34,149 bases of DNA. Source: Nemertoderma westbladi. Taxonomy: Eukaryota; Animalia; Xenacoelomorpha. The translations under genes were made by a program, and so were the position numbers. The notes under the pieces were generated by a model, which ran no database searches, had not been told where the DNA came from, and saw nothing but the letters and a program-made list of their open reading frames with translations. This document shows positions 8,284-20,122 of this stretch, piece after piece (the first letter of the stretch is position 1; the number at the start of each line of letters is the position of its first letter). The stretch covers positions 1 through 34,149 of the forward strand of contig JAUCBJ010001108.1 in the NCBI GenBank assembly GCA_032718475.1, written 5' to 3'.

Positions 8284-10805
8284 ATGGAAAGGTTTACTTG
8301 TGAGTCGGACAACGCATTGCTAATTACCAAATCTATGTTCGCGAACATCTGTTCAGAAAATAATTCGTTTGTGCGTACGTTTCTCGAAGAATACCTGGAC
8401 GCGAACTCGAGTTTTCTAGACTATTATGTTGTTAATAAATGTACGGCAGGTCATATTAATGAGTGGCTGCTGCGTTCACTCTCCTCTGGGTGTAACACCT
8501 CCGCCACCACCTCGGATAACACGATCCAATCGCCGGACACTGTCCCGACTACCGGTAACCGCGAGACCAGTATGCCGCAGTGTCGATTGACGACATCGGC
8601 GTCGACACCTACGTACCACCACAATGACAATCCTGCGATAGGAAAGCATCCGCAATCTCGATACTCGAATCAACCCACGCCACCTACCGAACCCTCCTCT
8701 ATGCACCCTGTGGTGAGGTTAAAACATCGCAACCAGACAGACCTCCCGGGAGAACAAAGACAAATGGATCCCAAACTGAGTCCGATCTACACCAAACCAA
8801 ACCTCATTGAATATGAATCGAGCAATAATACAACCAGTTTAACTTTATTATCTTATAACAACATATCCTCCTATACCCCCGCAGTAACCACAACCAACTC
8901 AAACCATTATTCTACCCAACCTCTATCAGCAGACCAGTCAGATGTTCCGGTAATCCTACGCATTAAGACAGAAGACGAACTGGAATATAAACCCGATATA
9001 GATGAGGTTGGAGAAGGCTTGAATGAGTTGTTATCTCCCATACCTGCCGCTGCCATAGATGTAGCATATCGAATCCGCCACTATATCCTAACAGGAACTA
9101 GCTCATCGACCCCCCACACCACCCAGGGTCTCTCCACACCCACTAGTTCCTCGCCAAGCCTCACTACTCAGCCTCTAGGAGACTTCGACTTAGACCTTCC
9201 CAACACCTACAACCTCCCGTTAAGAACTAAATCAACAACAGTTTCCGGTATCGGTGAGTTACTATATGTTAGATTAAACAACCTTTATCCGTATTGCCTA
9301 GAAACTAATCAGTTTCTAGTGACAGTTATGATAGTTCTAAGTTTAGTTGCCTCCTAAACTCTCAAGAGATAGGGCCTACAGTATGAGTCTGGTTTGATTT
9401 TTAATAAAAATATTTAGGTGTTAATAGGTTTATTTAGGCTGAATGGGTGTTTTGCAGTTAATAAATCATAGAAAATATCAGAAAATGTAAAAATAAACAA
9501 TTTTTTAATTGTTAAACCCAAATCAACTATTTGATTTCAACCTCTGATTCCTTGATATATTTGTTTGTAACGGTATTCTATTTCTTGAATAAACCTCACA
9601 AGGAATATTTTACAATGTCGAATCGAAAATATATTTTTAATTATTACTAAATTGAAATGAATCTATCGGAAATTATATGGATTTAAAACTACAGTATTGT
9701 AATCTAGTCATATTGACTAATTATGTATAATAATTAATTATCTATATTCAATGTAAATAGGACAATATGATAATGCTCTCCATGGCGAAAAATATCAACC
9801 GGCCTTATGTACTTTACTTTGAGTGATTGTATGGCCTTAATATGATCTCCCACTCCATAGCGAAATATTTATCCGGTCTGGTAGCTCAGTACACTCACCC
9901 GGCTGATGATAACCAGAAGTTTGAAACCTGGGTACCGGATTCGAGCCCCAATAGGGCCGGTTGATATTTTTCGCTATGGGGAGCATTATCATATTGTCCT
10001 ATTTACATTGTATATTTGATTCACCGCGTCACTCGCCCCACAACAATTCACTTATCATAATTAATTATCTATATTCTATACTTGCATTAGTTTAAAATTG
10101 TAATAAAAAATCACTATTATTTTATTTTATTATTGCATGATAAATTATTATCCATTATTAATATTATATAAATTATTGTGATAAATTAATTAATTGATAA
10201 ATTATTATCCATTATTAACTCCCTTATTTTCTATAGGCGGCCAATCACAACCATCCCCTGATGATTCAGACATGCTCACTTCCGACGATGACGTAACACC
10301 CGGAAGTGTGAATAATTCCTTCGACCAACCTGGTCCCTCTGGAATTCAACCCCAGGACATTATGAAAGGAAGCCGCTCCAATGATAAGCCCTTCAGCTGT
10401 GATACTTGTGATAAGACGTTCGCAAGGAACAGCAATCTAATTAGACACCAACGGATCCACACCGGCGAGCGTCCTTACCAATGCGGCATCTGCTACAAAC
10501 GTTTCTCTCAACTAGGTAACCTAACGATACACAAGCGTACGCACACAGGCGAGCGTCCGTACGTGTGCGACACGTGCGGGAAGGGATTTACAGAGAGCGG
10601 CAAACTAACGTCCCATAAGCGAACACATACAGGTGAACGACCGTTTAGCTGCGATACATGCGGTAAATGTTTCTCCCGCCAATATCAAGTAAAGCGCCAC
10701 AAATGTATCCGCAGTGGGGAGGGAACTAGGACAATTGCGCCCCGGAGTATTGCCCCCCGAGGACAATTATTGCCCCCGATATTTTTAAATCTTGAAAACC
10801 GTTGA
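8284..10805 (+). CDS. Two-exon C2H2 zinc-finger protein, join(8284..9253,10237..10805), ~512 aa: N-terminal ~65-aa domain, S/T/P-rich linker, 3 canonical fingers plus a degenerate 4th
   Basis: Donor G|GTGAGT at 9253/9254 and acceptor TTTTCTATAG|G at 10236/10237 are both phase 1 and join the two ORFs in frame. Fingers are CxxC-x12-HxxxH with TGERP linkers. The same splice sites are present in the paralog. Confidence 0.85.
9750..10056. mobile_element. Intronic insertion with 56-bp inverted repeats (Penelope-like pLTR remnant)
   Basis: Absent from the paralogous intron (single ATAATTAATTATCTATATTC at 18047-18066; duplicated here at 9730-9749 and 10057-10076). IR 9749-9804/9955-10010 has 2 mismatches and encloses a hammerhead motif. 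Confidence 0.7.
9894..9945 (+). ncRNA. Minimal type I hammerhead ribozyme candidate
   Basis: CCGG-CTGATGA(9903-9909)-tAAC cagaa GTTt-GAAA(9923-9926)-C ctgg G-TA^-CCGG. Stem I CCGG/CCGG is extended by CTC/GAG. Predicted cleavage after 9934. Confidence 0.65.
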
Positions 10806-11629
10806 ATGTTTTTCCATGGTTTTATGAAATTCCAGTAATAATATTAACCTTGATCATGCAACTGAAATGTTTTTTCTTCATAATAATATGCCTTTATGGG
10901 CTGTGTATCGACATTTTATTTTGATGCAGTGACTATATATATATATAATTTTAAATAATTAATATATGAATGTTATGTTATGTTACTAGTGCATTATATT
11001 ATTATTATTATATTATTTTTATTATTATTATCAAACACTGGGCCCCATTACCAGTACTGTAAATATTAGGGCCTCTCCTCAGTCAGTAGCTCTAACCAGT
11101 TCAGCCACACTTCCTTGAATCTTCCCTTACTTAGTCTACCCCTATCGAACAGGCAACACAACTATTTATTTTAAGAATTCAACTGGTCGGCCATTTGGCC
11201 CACTCGCCTCAGAAAAAGGCCCACAACTTTCTTAGAAATGGTCCACCACTAAGTGCCATTATAGCTGCTACATAATGTCACACCCTAATCACTGTGTTAA
11301 CGGCTTATTGCTTTATCTGAGGTCCTACTAAACTCCCAAAAACACCCAAAAGAACCACCCAATAGAACGCAAAAGAGCCCAATAGTACCTAAATTTATTA
11401 AGAACATTACTTACATTTTACTTCCTTGGACAACCAAATCTACTGGCAGATGTCGTTTTGCGCAGATTTTCTGCCACTTGTGCTCGAATCTATTCTCCAA
11501 ATTACCTAACCTGACTGATATTAACCCGACCTAATAGAAAACTGACATTCAACTATAAGTTACTTACTAAGTCACGCAGAAAAACTCAAACACACAGTAG
11601 TGGAAGTCTACCAATAACTACACGTTCGT

Positions 11630-12056
11630 GGGGCCTTCGCGCAGCACGAAGTGAGCAAAGCCTTTAGCATATGGTCACTATTAACGAGTTGTCTGCCGTT
11701 AGTCAGAAGTCTTCAACACAATCGTCGTCCTCCTCTTGTGCCTCGTTGCGTTCGTTCGTTTTTGACAAAGGGAACAGTAAGTGGTACAGTAAATCAGAGC
11801 GTTTAGCTCTCAGCCGGAACTCGATGAATTTAAAAACGCTTTTCAGAGTCGTGATCAGCACACCTTTTTACATTTTATAAACGTGATTATAGAAAAATTT
11901 TTTTCAGTTACCAACCCTATTGTGGTAGGCCTATGGTATGGTAATAAGAAAATAGAACAATAAAAATAAAAAATTCCCGACCTATCCCCCATATATCAGC
12001 ATCAGAGATTCCATTGACGTCATTTGTAAAATCCGGTTGCCATGACAACTGTTTCA
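11630..12056. mobile_element. Possible Helentron-associated/DINE-like non-autonomous repeat (paralog ~19190-19470 and ~20050-20122)
   Basis: GC-rich hairpin-like head GGGCCTTCGCGCAGCACGAAGTGAGCAAAGCC, then (CGTT)n/(TCC)n microsatellite and GTTGCCATG(A/G)CAAC palindrome. This is an architectural resemblance only. Confidence 0.3.
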
Positions 12057-13443
12057 AAAACGAGTTTCAAACCTCTACCATAAACCTCTACTGTGTAATG
12101 AGAAACTAAGATATGTGCATCAGTATGATTAACGTTGAAGTATACTGAACATGTTTTTTTCAATATTTTGTCAATATTATTTAGGGAGCTCATCAACGGT
12201 ATAATAATTCCGTTTACAATACGGGAAGTTCAGGGAAAAAATTGTCTTAAAACAACCGGCCGGATATAAATGGTTTTCGCACCGGGCAGTAAGAGTCGTC
12301 TTGCAAAAATTATAACAGAAAATATTAACAAATTGTAAAATCATTGGCCGTATTCATTAAACCAATGTACCAAAATACGATCAGCAGAACTTTAAAAAAA
12401 CAGCCAAAAGTAACTAACACAACGAAAATTATTTCGTGAGGCTAGGGATTATAACCCCTCGTTTACAGATACGAGAGTAACGGCGGACAAACAACGTCGG
12501 TTTGCCCGATGTGTCCCTAACGACCGGAAAACATATGACGCAATGTTAGCGAGAATAACCTCTGAATCGAGTTTAGTAGCCTGTTAGAATTTCATTCAGC
12601 CACGAAGTAATAAATAACGGGTACTTAACCTGATAAAGAAATTTCTCTAATCATTCTCGAGTCGGTGAATAGATAGATAAGATCAACCTTTAGATGCGAT
12701 GTCTCCTTTAGAAAATCCGTAGTCCAACAGATAGTCTGCTTCCAAAACTTCAACTCTTTCGGCGAGATGGAACGCACCAATTCGCTGCACACAAATTCTT
12801 ATTGTACACGAATGCGTTAGGTTCGTGTCTTTGAGTTTTTTGAAAGGGAAATAATTGAGTTGATCGGCTAGCAGCAGAAACTATATTGGGGCTAAGGATC
12901 TATCGGCGTGTCATTTGGAGCTCTCCCGGGAACGCGGTTTCCATTTTATGCATGGTTGTTATAATTATAAAAGAGAGAATTCAGATTAGAGATAGTATAT
13001 TGTAACTAGAAAGCCCGTTCACGGCTTTCTATTTCACAATTTCTATACAGTCAATCAATCAATGGACAATATCAAACATAAATAAATTAATTAATTAACT
13101 TAACAAAACTTTACATAAGACTAACAGACTGATCCCGTTTTAGTTGCAGCTACATACAATAATAAACATAAGGCTTTATGTTGTATTAGATATCTACCAA
13201 GTAACACCTCCAATGGATTACAAATAATAAAATGGGAAAAGATTACTGTGTTATTATTATTATTATTTATTTTAATTCAGCCAAAAAGCCATAGTAAAAA
13301 TACATAGTAAAGCACAAAAGTAAAGTACGTACATACAAGGTAATATTATCATTAAGGTACATAATTAAGAATGTGGGGCGAGACACGTATGGCGAGCCAT
13401 CAGCGATCTGATATAATTATACTATGGCCGTTTCTCAAAAGTC

Positions 13444-13480
13444 TGTGTGTATGTGTGTGTGTGTGTGTCAGTGTGTGTGT
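13444..13480. repeat. (TG)n microsatellite, probably part of a dispersed repeat
   Basis: Imperfect TG run followed by a duplicated TGTCGGAAGCCATAA. Confidence 0.8.
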
Positions 13481-14934
13481 CGGAAGCCATAAATGTCGGA
13501 AGCCATAATCGAAGTTAATATACTTCAGCTAAATTGTATAGTTGAGTCATTTTGAACGATCTCTCCATGGAAATTAATTGTTTAGCACAATACGAGTAAA
13601 GTTATTTTGCACAGAAATTAGATATCTGGAATCCATGTACCCCATCCCATTATAGTTTTTTATTTTTTCAAGTGATTTGCGTTAATAAATGTATTTTTAA
13701 TTGATTTAAACATAATTAACATTGTCAATTCATACGCTGATTCCATTCTCCCCCATAGAGCCTAAGGCATGGCAAGGGCAGCCGTGCCCAATAATATTTC
13801 TTGAAGTTTTACATTACTGCAAGCTAAAGTCTTTGACCAAGCCAGTGCCTAGGCTAGTACACAAGGACATAGTAGTCCAGTAGAAGGAATAGTGCTCCTT
13901 CAATACATCTCAACAGACATCAATTCATTTGCCTGTGCCTACCAACGCGTGCTCCATAACATAACATACTGTAACTACTGTAACTGCAATATTAATTAGT
14001 TTACATGTTATTCAATATATTATTGTGATGTGCAATATTATTGAATTTATAACGATGCAATATTGAATATTTATTTCAATTTTGGTATTATTTTTTATAC
14101 TGTAGTTTTGTTATCGTTTTGTTTTTTCTCATATTTTTGTTTATTGGAGTTGATTTAGTCAATATATAGTACAGTACGTTATGCCGATTTATATTACCGA
14201 TATACCGTACATTTAGCTTTGAATTATTTTTTATTCCGGGCAAAATTTGTTAAATAAGTCAATCAACAATCTTGTTAACCATGTTGACAAATTGAGTGGA
14301 GAATGCGTCATTAATATATTTTAAGTACACATGTTTATCTATCTTAGAGTGCCTTGCAATATAAAAACGGCACTACGTTTATTCAGTGTGAGTGGCTAAA
14401 TAAAATAAACACCGTTCGTTACCATCTTTAAATGATTGGTGAGGTTTGATATACAGTACAGTGTAGTTAATACAAACAATAAATTGGTTTCATTCTACCC
14501 CCAGCGTCTGCAAAAAACGCAAGTCTAACGTTAAATGACGTCAGACTCTAAATACTGTAGTTATTAATTTCCTATAATTTAATTTTAAATTATCAATTAA
14601 ATTGTTTGAAAACTAATAAATTTAAATAATTTAATCAAATGATTTATCTAACGTGGAGGCCATATAGGTATGTGATAGTATTTCATATGAATCTAAACAA
14701 ATTTTTTAGCAATTGATCAAAGTCATCATAATTCTTCTGAGAAATAATCCGCTATTTATTTTGCCTAAATGCATTGAAGGTTCCACTCCTAAGGTATAGT
14801 AGGTGTAGGGGCGTAGGCGTAGGCTGTGTAGGTTAGGGTTAGGTCCCCCCAGTCCCTTGCAGGTCTACCAAGTAACTGCCGCTGTGGTCCATGAAGTAAA
14901 TCTCAAACTTGATCTTTTTTATGCTTTTGAATCA

Positions 14935-15246
14935 AAAATAACGTATTAGTGACGTATTTTTTTAACGTATTTATTTAACGTAGTAAGTCTAGTAACCCCG
15001 GCCAATAATACGTTAATTTAACGTATTGGTACGTTTATAAATAACGTTCATAATATACGGCTGTTAACGTTATTTTCAGACATGAGTTAATTAGTATGAT
15101 TTGAGTAAAATTTATGTATATTTTTAACGTAGTAACCCCGGCCAATAATACGTTAATTTAACGTAAGGGCACGTTGAAAAATAACGGTGGAATGGTAGAA
15201 TATTAACGTAAATTAACGTTAAATTAACGTCAAAATGTTTGCAGGG
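14935..15246. mobile_element. Solo end of a CMC/EnSpm-like non-autonomous DNA transposon
   Basis: Many TTAACGT/ACGTTAA subterminal motifs, a ~34-bp direct repeat (GTAACCCCGGCCAATAATACGTTAATTTAACGTA at ~14992 and ~15131) and the terminus AAAATGTTTGCAGGG. No partner end seen. Confidence 0.4.
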
Positions 15247-16591
15247 TCGACTTTAGCCTATAACAATTACCTAGTGTACTGAAGTTACATCAGCCGAAGC
15301 CAGTCCGTGCGCGGCGTATGACCCACGGTGTGGGAGACTGGATTCGGATTCCTTGAGAGTTATTGCAGTGTAGACCTACTGTATTATTCGATTGATCGTT
15401 ACTATATAATCTCTGACAAATATATTTACTTTCGGGGTAACAGTTCCTTTAGGACGTGGCGCTTTAAATATAAAAACAGAGTTATGACTTATTCTAATCA
15501 CAACTAGATGGCCGCAGAGTTTCGTAAGTAGCGCATTCTTTAGGAGATGCTTTATTAACCTTCACACTACTTCACACGACTTCACACTACTTCATACTAG
15601 TTCGCACTAATCTGCCGACCGTCACTGAATTTGATCATATATAAGGAGGATCGCAACTGACGCACGTAGGGATTATGAAATAGCATTTAATTCACACAAA
15701 AACCTCTTTAATTTAAGTCGCAGTTGCTACCGGTAAACTCTATTCCTCTTACCTCAGTAATCAATAAGATTGGGGGGTTTATGATTATTTATCGGTATTC
15801 TCCAAATATAACAGCAATATCCATTAATATAACAACAATTAATAAAAGGCCGTAAACAGAAGTAAAATAATGCGGTGAACAGTCAGTATGTGTTACTTAG
15901 GCAGTGGTCCAGGTATGATGCATGATGACATGTTAATAGTTTTACGTTCTTATAATCAAGGCCATCTGATGTTCCTAGGCCAAAGTCTGAAACTTCTACA
16001 CAGAAGCACAGAAAATTCCGAGCTGGCTCTGATGCTCAGAAAATAGTAAACAAAGACAGTAATGCATTGCGCGAGTTTCCATAGGTTTCTGTTAGACATA
16101 AAGTGAAAATCGCTCTGATTGGCTGAATAAGGCAGAACAAAGAACCTCCAAGTCCACAAAGAATCATCTGACAGATTTCGTCATCTGGGTTCCAATTCCT
16201 TCCCGTCCCATAGTTGGATAAATTTAGGGCTATTTTAGAGTAGTATTCTGCGCATTGCGTAAAAATGACTTGTTATGTCCGCAAAAGCTTTTACAGTCAT
16301 TTAAGGCTGACATTTCTCGTTTTATTGATGGCTCACCCGTGTGAGCCACGGTCCAGGGTGGACATCAAAATTATCTTCTGCGGTATGGAGAGGGTTAATT
16401 GTAGAATTAATATTAGGCCTACTACAGTACCGGTACTGATAACCTATTTGCTCATTACAGCATTACTGAATTAGGATTAGGCCTATATTACCTGATTACT
16501 GGATTACTGTATTAAAACATTTTTTTGGTTATCGAATCGGGACAACCTGACAGCCTGAACTCTGAAGTATTGAAGTAACAACAATCATACA

Positions 16592-18795
16592 ATGGAAAGG
16601 TTTACTTGTGAGTCGGACAACGCATTGCTAATTACCAAATCTATGTTCGCGAACATCTGTTCAGAAAATGATTCGTTTGTGCGTACGTTTCTCGAAGAAT
16701 ACCTGGACGCGAACTCGAGTTTTCTGGATGATTACGTTGTTAATAAATGTACGGCAGGTCATATTACCGAGTGGCTGCTACGTTCACTCTCCTCTGGGTG
16801 TAACACCTCCGCCACCACCTCGGATAACACGACCCAATCGCCGGACACTGTCCCGATTTCCGAGTACCGCGAGACCAGTATGCCACAGTGTCCATTGACG
16901 ACATCGGCTTCGACACCTACGTACCACCACAATTACAATCCTGCGACAGGAAAGCATCCGCAATCTCGATACTCGAATCAACCCACGCCACCTACCGAAC
17001 CCTCATCTATGCACCCTGTGGTAAGGTTACAACATCGCAACCAGACAGACCACCCGAGAGAACAAAGACAAATGGATCCCAAACTGAGTCCGATAGACAC
17101 CAAACCAAACCTCATTGAATCTGAATTAAGTAATATTACAACCAGTTCAACTTTATTACCTTAGGCCTATACCAACATATCGTATACCCCCGCAGTAACC
17201 GCAACCAACTCAAACCATTATTCTACCCAACCTCTATCAGCAGACCAGTCAGATGTTCCGGTAATCCTACGCATTAAGACGGAAGACGAACTGGAATATA
17301 AACCCGATATAGATGAGGTTGGAGATGGCTTGAAGGAGTTGTTATCTCCCATACCTGCCGCTTCCATAGATGTAGCATATGGAATCCGCCACGATATCCT
17401 AACAGGGACTAGCTCATCGACCCCCCACACCACCCAGGGTCTTTCCACACCCACTAGTTCCTCGCCAAGCCTCATTACTCAGCCTCTAGGACAGTAGGAA
17501 ACCTTCCCAACGCCAACACCTACAACCTCCCGTTAAGAACTAAATCAACAACAGTTTCCGGTATCGGTGAGTTACTATATATTTAAACAACCTTTAGTCC
17601 GTATTGCCTACAAACTGATCAGTTTGTAGTGACAGTTATGATAGTTCTAGGTTTCGTTGCCTCCTAAACTCTCAAGAGATAGGGGGATAGGGCCTACAGT
17701 ATGAGTCTGGTTTGATTTTAATAAAAATATTTAGGTGTTAATAGGTTTATTTAGGCTGAATGGGTGTTTTGCAGTTAATAAATCATAGAAAATATCAGAA
17801 AATTTAAAAATAAACAATTTTTTAATTGTTAAACCCAAATCAACTATTTGATTTCAACCTCTGATTCCGTGATATATTTGTTTGTAACGGTATTCGATTT
17901 CTTGAATAAACCTCACATGGATTATTTTACAATGTCGAATCGAAAATATATTTTTAATTATTACTAAATTGAAATGAATCTATCGGAAATTATATGGATT
18001 TAAAACTACAGTATTGTAATCTACTCATATTGACTAATTATGTATAATAATTAATTATCTATATTCTATACTTGCATTAGTTTAAAATTTTAATAAAAAA
18101 TCACTATTATTTTATTTTATTATTGCATGATAAATTATTATCCATTATTAATATTATATAAATTATTGTGATAAATTAGTTAATTAATAAATTATTATCC
18201 ATTAGTAACTCCCTTATTTTCTATAGGCGGCCAATCACAACCATCCCCTGATGATTCAGAAATGCTCACTTCCGGCGATGACGTAACACCCGGAAGTGTG
18301 AATAATTCCTTCGACCAACCTGGTCCTTCTGGGATTCAACCCCAGGACATTATGAAAGGAAGCCGCTCCAATGAGAAGCCGTTCAGCTGCGATATTTGTG
18401 GTAAGAGATTCGCTTGGAACAGCTACCTAATTAGACACCAACGGATCCACACCGGCGAGCGTCCTTACCAATGCGGCATCTGTAACAAACGTTTCTCTCA
18501 ACTAAGTTCCCTAACGATACACAAGCGTACGCACACAGGCGAGCGTCCGTACGTGTGCGACACGTGCGGGAAGCGATTTACAGAGAACGGGAGTTTAACG
18601 ACCCATAAGCGGACACATACAGGTGAACGACCGTTTAGCTGCGATACATGCAGGAAATGTTTCTCCCAACGACATCGTGTAAAGCGCCACAAATGTATCA
18701 GCAGTGGGGAGGGGACTAGGACAATTGCGCCCCGGAGAATTGCCCCCCGAGGAAAATTATTGCCCCCGATATTTTTAAATCTTGAAAACCGTTGA
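16592..18795 (+). pseudogene. Zinc-finger gene paralog, exons 16592..17566 and 18227..18795; exon 1 disrupted, finger exon open
   Basis: In-frame TAG at 17162-17164 from a 6-bp TAGGCC insertion. Second TAG plus frameshift at ~17492-17502. Splice sites are retained. Exon 2 is open with an in-frame ATG at 18262. Confidence 0.85.
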
Positions 18796-20122
18796 ATGTT
18801 TTCCTATGGTTTTATTAAATTTATGGGCTGTTTATCGACATTTTATTTTGATGCAGTGACTTAATATATATATCATTTTAAATGATTAATATATGAATGT
18901 TATGTTACTAGTGCATCATATTATTATTATTATATTATTTTTATTATTATTATCAAACACTGGGCGCCATTACCAGTACTGTAAATATTAGGGCCTCTCC
19001 TCAGTCAGTAGCTCTAACCAGTTCAGCCCCATTTCCTTGAATCTTCCCTTATTTACTCTACCCCTATCGAACAGGCAACACAACAATTTATTTTAAGAAT
19101 TCAACTGGTCGACCATTTGGCCCACCCGCCTCAGAAAAATGCCCACAACTTTCTTAGAAATGGCCCACCGCTAAGTGCCTTTACCGAGTGAGCAAAGCCT
19201 TTACCATCTGGTCACTATTAACGAGTTGTCTGCCGTTAGTCAGAAGTCTTCAACACAATACTCGTCCTCCTCTTGTGCCTCGTTGCGTTCGTTCGTTTTT
19301 GACAAAGGGAACAGTAAGTGGTACAGTAAATCAGAGCGTTTAGCTCTCAGCCGGAACTCGATGAATTTAACAACGGTTTTCAGATTCGTGATCAGCACAC
19401 CTTTTTACATTTTATAAACGTGATTATAGAAAATTTTTTTTTGAGTTACCAACCCTATTGTGGTAGGCCTATCGGATATGTTAGATGTTGGGTAGATTTT
19501 ATTATTTTTATTGTTTTATAATAACTACATCTAAATTAGAAAAATTAAACTAAACTAAATCTTAACTTTTGAGAGACGAACTTAAGAGGTACGTTGATAA
19601 ATAAGGACGTGGGTATATTTTAATAGTTTACTACAATTTGAGACTTGAGCTCAGGGACTCACATACAGTAGTAGTTTTTTGAAAAAGGTAAAAGTTGTTG
19701 CTTGTCTTACTACATAGAATAGGAAGATTGTTCCACTTCCGGGGCTCTAGCCCTGATAGATTGTCTAGTAATCAGTAGTCGTGCGCGTTGTGTAGTGCAG
19801 TTATTGTTCATTACATGGCGTGTACTGTAAGTAGTCAGGTCGCTTAGCAAGTTAATGTGGACGTTCTGGACAAACTTCCCATAATTGGCATAGGTGTAGG
19901 TAATTTCCAAACCTTTCATCTTTTAAGGGGAACCAACTTTGCAACATGATTTATCGGTCCCATATTACCATGAAAACAGGAGGCATTTACAAAAATCCAC
20001 TTTCCAATAAAGATACAGTCTTCTAACCTTGACCTACACCCCCCCCCCCCCCCCCCATATATCAGCATCTGAGATTCCATTGACGTCATTTGTAAAATCC
20101 GGTTGCCATGGCAACTGTTTCA

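Larger units (their letters stand above)
8110..12623 (+). repeat. Segmental duplication, copy 1 (zinc-finger gene cassette)
   Basis: Collinear high identity with 16395-21891 from TTAATTGTAGAATTAATATTAG to AAATAACGGGTA, apart from copy-specific indels. Confidence 0.93.

Noticed and set aside
9254-9357. Hydrophobic C-terminal tail of the 357-aa ORF as a transmembrane anchor
   Set aside because: Read-through past the splice donor into the intron; the frame is not conserved in the paralog.
8110-12623. Zinc-finger cassette as a mobile element in its own right
   Set aside because: I found no TIRs, TSDs or Helitron TC...CTRR ends at the duplication boundaries. It cannot be excluded, since the boundaries may be set by later insertions.
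12130-12890. Possible decayed minus-strand membrane-protein (GPCR-like) coding sequence
   Set aside because: Only short hydrophobic open stretches with many stops and no convincing motif; needs tblastx.
15270-15480. Possible SINE-like segment
   Set aside because: B-box-like GGATTCGGATTCC only; no clear A box, tail or TSD.
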